Shown in pieces: positions 59,350 to 64,000 of a stretch of 64,000 nt of DNA (position 1 is its first letter; every line of letters begins with the position of its first letter). The notes beneath the pieces were generated by a model. It made no database searches. It had not been told where the DNA came from and was given only the letters and a program-made list of their open reading frames with translations. Source of the stretch: an uncultured delta proteobacterium. Its GTDB lineage: Bacteria > Myxococcota_A > Polyangia > Palsa-1104. The stretch is from the NCBI GenBank assembly GCA_963785725.1, contig CAWAWS010000014.1:160001-224000 (forward strand). Reading direction: 5' to 3'. Position numbers and translations under genes: made by a program.

Positions 59350-59574
59350 ATGCGTGAGAACACCCGGCCCCTCGACAACTTCAAGATCCTCGCCGAAGGG
59401 TTGACGCACGCCACGGGCGCGAATTTTGCCGAGGCGGTTCAGACGCTGCGTTGGGTGCAGGCGTATGTTCGTCGCTGCGTGGAAGCGGGAATGGACAACG
59501 ACCTCCTGATCGCGATGGAGCGTTCGGGGCTGGGTGATCTGGCCGAGGCGCTGCTCGAGGTCGCGCGCCGCTGA
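59350..59574 (+). CDS. Small hypothetical protein
   Basis: Protein-like 74-aa frame whose TGA overlaps the next ATG; start uncertain. Confidence 0.35.
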   Translation: MRENTRPLDNFKILAEGLTHATGANFAEAVQTLRWVQAYVRRCVEAGMDNDLLIAMERSGLGDLAEALLEVARR

Positions 59575-61166
59575 TGGTGGGTGCGCTGCTGGCGACGGCC
59601 GCAGCACGCTGGGGCGAGCGCGTCTTCGTCGTCGCCGACGACGGGCGCGCGTGGACGTTCGCGGCGATGTACGACTGGGCGCGCGGCGGCGCGTTGGCGC
59701 TGCGGGCGCGCGGCGTCGCGCCGGGCGATCGCGTGGCGCTGATGGCGCGCAATTCGGCGGAGTTCGTCGCGGCCTGGTTCGGCTGCGCGCTGGCGGGCGC
59801 GACGGTGGTGCCGATTCCGACGGTGTCAGCGCCGCCGGAGGTCGCGCATCGGCTGGCGCACGCGCGCTGCCGGCTGGCGATCGTCGACGACGATTTTGCG
59901 TCGCTGGCGCGCGCCGGCGGTGTCGCCGTGCTGGCGACGGGCGCGTGGCCGCCGGCGGCCGTCGCGATCGCGGCCGCGGCCGCGGATCGACCGAACGCGG
60001 CGAGCCGGCACGAGGCCGCGGACACGGAGTTACCGGACGAGGCCGCGGACACGGAGTTACCGGACGAGGCCGCGGACGCAGAGTTACCGGACGAGGCCGC
60101 GGACGCGGAGTTACCGGACGTCGACGCGGCGGCCGCAGGCCTCATCCTCTATACGTCGGGCACGACTGGCGTCGCCAAGGCCGCCGCCTTCTCGCACGCG
60201 TCGCTCGCTGCCCACGCGTGCAACGTCGCGGCGACGGTCGGGCTCGACGCGACCGACGTCATCCTCGGCGCGCTGCCGCTGACGCACTCTTTCGGCTGCC
60301 GCATGGTCCTGTTGCTGGCGACGGTGACGGGCGCGCGCATCGAGCTCCTCAGCCGATTCGACGGTCCGCGCGCGCTCGCCCGTCTCGCCGCCGCCGGCGT
60401 GACCTTCTGGCCGGCCGTGCCGACGATGCTCGCCGCCGTCAGTGCTGTCGCCGGCCCGGAGCTGCGGTCGCTGCGCTGGATCTTGTCGGCGGGCGCGCCG
60501 CTGCCCGACGCGCTCTGCCGTCGTGCCGAAGCCCGCCTCGGCTGCGCCGTCCGTCAAGGTTACGGCCTGACCGAAGCGTCGTTTTCGACGATCGACGCGC
60601 CTCCGGCCGCGCGCGTCGTCGGCTCGGTCGGGCGGCCGGTCGCCGGCGTCGAGCTGCGCCTCGGCAGCGACGGCGAAGTGCAGGTGCGCGGGCCGCACGT
60701 CATGCTCGGCTATGTCGACGACCCGGACGCGACGGCCGCGGCGCTCGGCGACGGCTGGCTGCGCACCGGCGACGTCGGCCGCATCGACGACGACGGCCGC
60801 TTGACCATCGTCGACCGCGCCAAGGATCTGATCATTCGCGGCGGCAATAACGTCTATCCGTCGGAAGTCGAAGCGGCGCTGGCGGCGCACACCGCGGTCG
60901 CCGAGGTCGCGGTCGTCGGCCGCCCGGACGAATATTACGGCGAGGAGGTGGTGGCGGTCGTCGTGCGGCGCGCAGGCGCGACCGTCGACGCCGAGGCGTT
61001 GTCGGTGTTCGCGCGCGAGCGCGTGGCGGCGACGAAGGTGCCGCGCGAGTATGCGTTCGTCGCCGCCATGCCGCTCGGCCCATCGGCCAAGATCCTCAAG
61101 CGCGAGCTGCGACGCCGACTCAGCGCCGGCGAGCTGCCGACGACGAAGCCGACGCGCGGCGGCTGA
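59574..61166 (+). CDS. Acyl-CoA synthetase (ANL adenylate-forming enzyme)
   Basis: YTSGTTGVAK, QGYGLTEA, WLRTGD, DRAKDLIIRGG, KILKR. Confidence 0.92.
   Translation: MVGALLATAAARWGERVFVVADDGRAWTFAAMYDWARGGALALRARGVAPGDRVALMARNSAEFVAAWFGCALAGATVVPIPTVSAPPEVAHRLAHARCRLAIVDDDFASLARAGGVAVLATGAWPPAAVAIAAAAADRPNAASRHEAADTELPDEAADTELPDEAADAELPDEAADAELPDVDAAAAGLILYTSGTTGVAKAAAFSHASLAAHACNVAATVGLDATDVILGALPLTHSFGCRMVLLLATVTGARIELLSRFDGPRALARLAAAGVTFWPAVPTMLAAVSAVAGPELRSLRWILSAGAPLPDALCRRAEARLGCAVRQGYGLTEASFSTIDAPPAARVVGSVGRPVAGVELRLGSDGEVQVRGPHVMLGYVDDPDATAAALGDGWLRTGDVGRIDDDGRLTIVDRAKDLIIRGGNNVYPSEVEAALAAHTAVAEVAVVGRPDEYYGEEVVAVVVRRAGATVDAEALSVFARERVAATKVPREYAFVAAMPLGPSAKILKRELRRRLSAGELPTTKPTRGG
60010..60117 (+). 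repeat. 27-bp in-frame VNTR x4 (EAAD[T/A]ELPD)
   Basis: ACGAGGCCGCGGAC(A/G)C(G/A)GAGTTACCGG in four contiguous copies. Confidence 0.92.
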
Positions 61167-61267
61167 GATCGCGCGCGGCACCGCCGACCGAGCGGCGTGC
61201 TTCGTCGTCGCCGGGCGCGCCGATACACCGTCGCCGAGCGGGAGAACGCCTGTCGCGTCAGCTCGTC

Positions 61268-61396
61268 TTGGGGGCGAACGTCGGCGCTGCGAGACCTAGC
61301 CCGCGATAAGCCTTCGGCGCCGTTGCGCGCTCGACCGATGGCCGGCGCGACGGAGCTCGGGCGCGCGCGCCCACCGGGCGCCCGCCGCGCCCGAGC
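61268..61396. repeat. Dispersed structured element, copy B
   Basis: TTGGGGGCG-N29-ATAAGCCTTC-N20-CGATGGCCGGCGCGACGGAGC then hairpin GCTCGGGCGCG...CGCGCCCGAGC. Confidence 0.7.
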
Positions 61397-61529
61397 CAGC
61401 CGGCAACATCCCGCGCCGCCGCCCGCCGCACCCGAGCCAGTCGCGACAGCCCACGCAGTTGGCGCGCCGGCGCCGTCGGGCCCGCCACCCGGCGTGGCAA
61501 GCGCGCCCGCGCCGCGGTACGCTTGCGCC

Positions 61530-62558
61530 GTGCCCACCCGCCACCTGCTCGTCGGCAACCCCACCGCGCAAAGCGGCAAGAACGCCGCCCGCATCACCGA
61601 AGCGCGCCGCCTGCTCGACCTCGCCGGCCTGCCGCACGCCTTCGTCGCCACCGCGCCCGCCGGCGGCACCGTTCGCCTCGTCGCCGACGCGCTCGCCGCC
61701 GATCCGGCGCTCGACGTCGCCGTCTACATGGGCGGCGACGGCACCTTCGCCGAGGTCGCCAAGGCCATCCTCGCGTCCGGCCGCGCCGCCGACGTCCGCC
61801 TCGGCATGCTCCCGACCGGCACCGCCAACGACCAAGGCAAGAGCTTCGGTCTCGACGCCGGCGACACCGATCTCGAACGCAACGTGCGCGTCCTCGCCGC
61901 CGGTCACGAAGCGCGCCTCGACGCCGGCCGCATCCGCGCCTACGACCACGCCGGCGCCACCCTCCGCGACGACTGGTTCTTCGACTCCGCCGGCTGGGGC
62001 ATCAGCCCGCGCGTCCTCGCCCTGCGCAACGAAGATCGCAAAGCCATCGCCGACATTCCGCTCGTGCGCGACGTCTGGCGCGACCAGCTCGTCTACGCGG
62101 GCGCGCTCTTGCGCACCTTCCTCGCCAGCTACGTCGACGACGGCAAGTTCGACGTCCGAGTCACCGCGGACGGCGTCACGCAGGAGTGGCGCGGCCTCAC
62201 CGATCTCGTCGTCAAAGGCACGCGCATTTACGGCGGCTTGTGGGTCTTCGACGCCGCGGCGCGCCCCGACGACGGCAAATTCGAGGTCGTCCCCTTCGTC
62301 GGCAAGCGCGACTGGGTGTCGAAGGCGATCGTCCACCTCGACGGCAGCGGCGTGGCGGCCGAAGCCTTGGCGGCCGTCGGTGTTCGTCAGTCGGCGAATT
62401 TGTCGGCGGCGACCATCGAGCTCGAGATCGACGAGCAGCCCGGCCAGCTCGTGCACGCGCAGATCGACGGCGAGGAATTCCCGTCGGCGGCGCGCATTCG
62501 CATCGATGTGTCGGCGTGCGCGCTGCGCCTCATCGTGCCCGCCGAAACGCCCGCCTGA
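61530..62558 (+). CDS. Diacylglycerol/lipid kinase family protein
   Basis: VGNPTAQSG, GGDGT, LPTGTAND, QIDGE. Confidence 0.9.
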   Translation: MPTRHLLVGNPTAQSGKNAARITEARRLLDLAGLPHAFVATAPAGGTVRLVADALAADPALDVAVYMGGDGTFAEVAKAILASGRAADVRLGMLPTGTANDQGKSFGLDAGDTDLERNVRVLAAGHEARLDAGRIRAYDHAGATLRDDWFFDSAGWGISPRVLALRNEDRKAIADIPLVRDVWRDQLVYAGALLRTFLASYVDDGKFDVRVTADGVTQEWRGLTDLVVKGTRIYGGLWVFDAAARPDDGKFEVVPFVGKRDWVSKAIVHLDGSGVAAEALAAVGVRQSANLSAATIELEIDEQPGQLVHAQIDGEEFPSAARIRIDVSACALRLIVPAETPA

Positions 62559-62668
62559 CCGGCTGCCGATTCGTCACGCCCGCCGGCCCGCTGCTCGTGC
62601 GCGCTCGCCCGTCGCCTTCGCCGGCGCGCCTGCGACGCGTTCGACGTGACGACGCCGATGCTTGCGCG

Positions 62669-63586
62669 TCAGACCCAGACGGCGCGCGGAATGTGCCGCC
62701 ACGCGTCCGCCGTCAGCGAAGGCACGAGCGGCGCCAGCATCGGCAGCGAATCGGGCCGCGCCACGCGCTCGCCCGCCAGCGTGAACGGCCACGGCTGCGC
62801 CCACAGCCGCACCTCGCCGAGCCCGAGCGCCGCCGCCGTTCGCCGCGCGGCCTGCACGAGCGCGTTCGCCTCGTCGCCGCGCGTCGTCGCCAGCAGCGTC
62901 ACCTTCAAGTTGCCCGTCTTCCAGTCGACCATCCAGCGGATCTGCCCGTTGCCGGCGCGCGCGCCCACGAACGGCAGCGACGGCCGCGTCAACAGCGCGC
63001 CGTACGTGCGCGTCCGCTCGACATGCCAATCGAGCTGCGCCGTCGTCGGCCACACGATGAAGTCTTCGTCGACCGGCGGCTCCGGCGCGTACGCCAGCGA
63101 ATCGGCATCGGCGATGAGCGCGTCGACTCCGTCGTCGATGGCGCCGGTCGCGGGCGTGAACAGCAGATCCTCGGCCGGCCGCGCGTCATAGCCGCTGCGC
63201 GCGTATTGTCGCTCGCCCACGTCGCTGTACAAGATCGACGCGACCACCCCTTCGGCGCGCGCCCGCTCGAGCAGCCGATCGATCATCGCCGTCGCATGGC
63301 CGCGCCCGCGCAGCGCCGCCTCGGTGAAGACGCTGGCCACGCCCCACACGTCGCCGCGCACGCCGCGCCGCCAGCCGTCCATGCGATAGGTCTCGCACGA
63401 CGCCAACAGCGCCTCGTCGTCGGCGAGCCAAAACCAGGTCTGCATCGCTTGTCGCGCCCACACCTGCCGGCGCAGCCGCTCTTCGCGCGCCACGTAGCCG
63501 TCGACGCTGAGCTGCGCGCCCCACGCGTCGTGCGCTTGGCGATCGCGCGCGCGCTTCTCGGCTTCGTCGGCGAGCCGCAGCTTCAT
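62669..63586 (-). CDS. GNAT N-acetyltransferase
   Basis: LASCETY, VASVFTEAALRGRGHAT, SILYSDVG. Confidence 0.83.
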   Translation of the reverse strand: MKLRLADEAEKRARDRQAHDAWGAQLSVDGYVAREERLRRQVWARQAMQTWFWLADDEALLASCETYRMDGWRRGVRGDVWGVASVFTEAALRGRGHATAMIDRLLERARAEGVVASILYSDVGERQYARSGYDARPAEDLLFTPATGAIDDGVDALIADADSLAYAPEPPVDEDFIVWPTTAQLDWHVERTRTYGALLTRPSLPFVGARAGNGQIRWMVDWKTGNLKVTLLATTRGDEANALVQAARRTAAALGLGEVRLWAQPWPFTLAGERVARPDSLPMLAPLVPSLTADAWRHIPRAVWV

Positions 63587-63633
63587 GCGCGCCAACGTAA
63601 CATCAGGCCCGCGACGCGGGTAGCGCCGCCGGC

Positions 63634-64000
63634 TTACTCGCCCTCGGGCGGCAGCGGCTGGTTCGGATGCATCGCCCGCCACGTCTGCTCGCGGACCTCT
63701 TTCTGCAGCTTGGGCGCCAGCACGAGCCCCTTGGCGAACTGCACCGCCGTCAACACGTGCCGCAGCTCCTCGGTCCGCTGCGCCTCCAGCTGCTGCACCT
63801 TGGCCTTGTTGCGCACGAGCGTATCGGCCAGCTGCGCCAACAGCGCCTCGTTCGGCGCCGGCGACGCCAGCTGCGCCTTGAGCTCCTTCATCGCCATGCC
63901 CTGCTCTTTGCGAATGCCCCACAGCTGCGGATCGTAGCGACTCCAAATCTCGCGAAAATGCGCCGTCTGCGTGGGATCGAGCGCCATCTGCTGCGCCGTC
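63634..64000 (-). CDS. Spy/CpxP-like periplasmic helical protein (5'-truncated by window edge)
   Basis: LDPTQ...ELRHVLTAVQ (LTxxQ-like) helical pattern. Confidence 0.55.
   Translation of the reverse strand, partial: TAQQMALDPTQTAHFREIWSRYDPQLWGIRKEQGMAMKELKAQLASPAPNEALLAQLADTLVRNKAKVQQLEAQRTEELRHVLTAVQFAKGLVLAPKLQKEVREQTWRAMHPNQPLPPEGE

Noticed and set aside
60010..60117. 27-bp repeats (and the 21-bp repeats at 19008-19069) as a CRISPR array
   Set aside because: The units are contiguous with no spacers, no cas genes are present, and the 27-mer is in frame within a CDS

Overview
A very GC-rich chromosomal segment, most likely from a Myxococcota (myxobacterial) genome, judged from the pilQ...mglC...accBC-sgmX synteny, the myxobacterial-style polysaccharide export genes and the TonB-like protein. 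Single-base indels break many genes (pilQ, sgmX, tuf, clpA, rsbU and others), which looks like uncorrected long-read error. The layout is: (1) 1-11.7 kb, the end of the type IV pilus locus with shikimate genes, mglC, accBC and sgmX; (2) 11.8-15.8 kb, tspO, a deletion scar, pdxH, an L,D-transpeptidase and a c-type cytochrome; (3) 15.8-43.1 kb, a large Wzx/Wzy-dependent polysaccharide cluster; (4) 43-64 kb, housekeeping and accessory genes (squalene synthase, a citrate synthase/HTH-citrate synthase pair, DUF482-clpS-clpA, DUF349, TonB, HEAT-cyclophilin, acyl-CoA ligase, lipid kinase). The polysaccharide cluster carries a SerRS-like amino acid:carrier-protein ligase, an ACP, a GNAT, deacetylases and an RsbW/RsbV/RsbU partner switch. 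It is interrupted by an orphan immunity-like gene and a divergent EF-Tu paralogue that sits behind a leader-peptide attenuator. The best candidates for undescribed biology are tRNA-independent (probably glycyl) aminoacylation of a surface polysaccharide, and an attenuator-controlled backup EF-Tu. No rRNA, tRNA, CRISPR array or transposase was recognised. All family calls come from motif recognition by eye; no database search was run.
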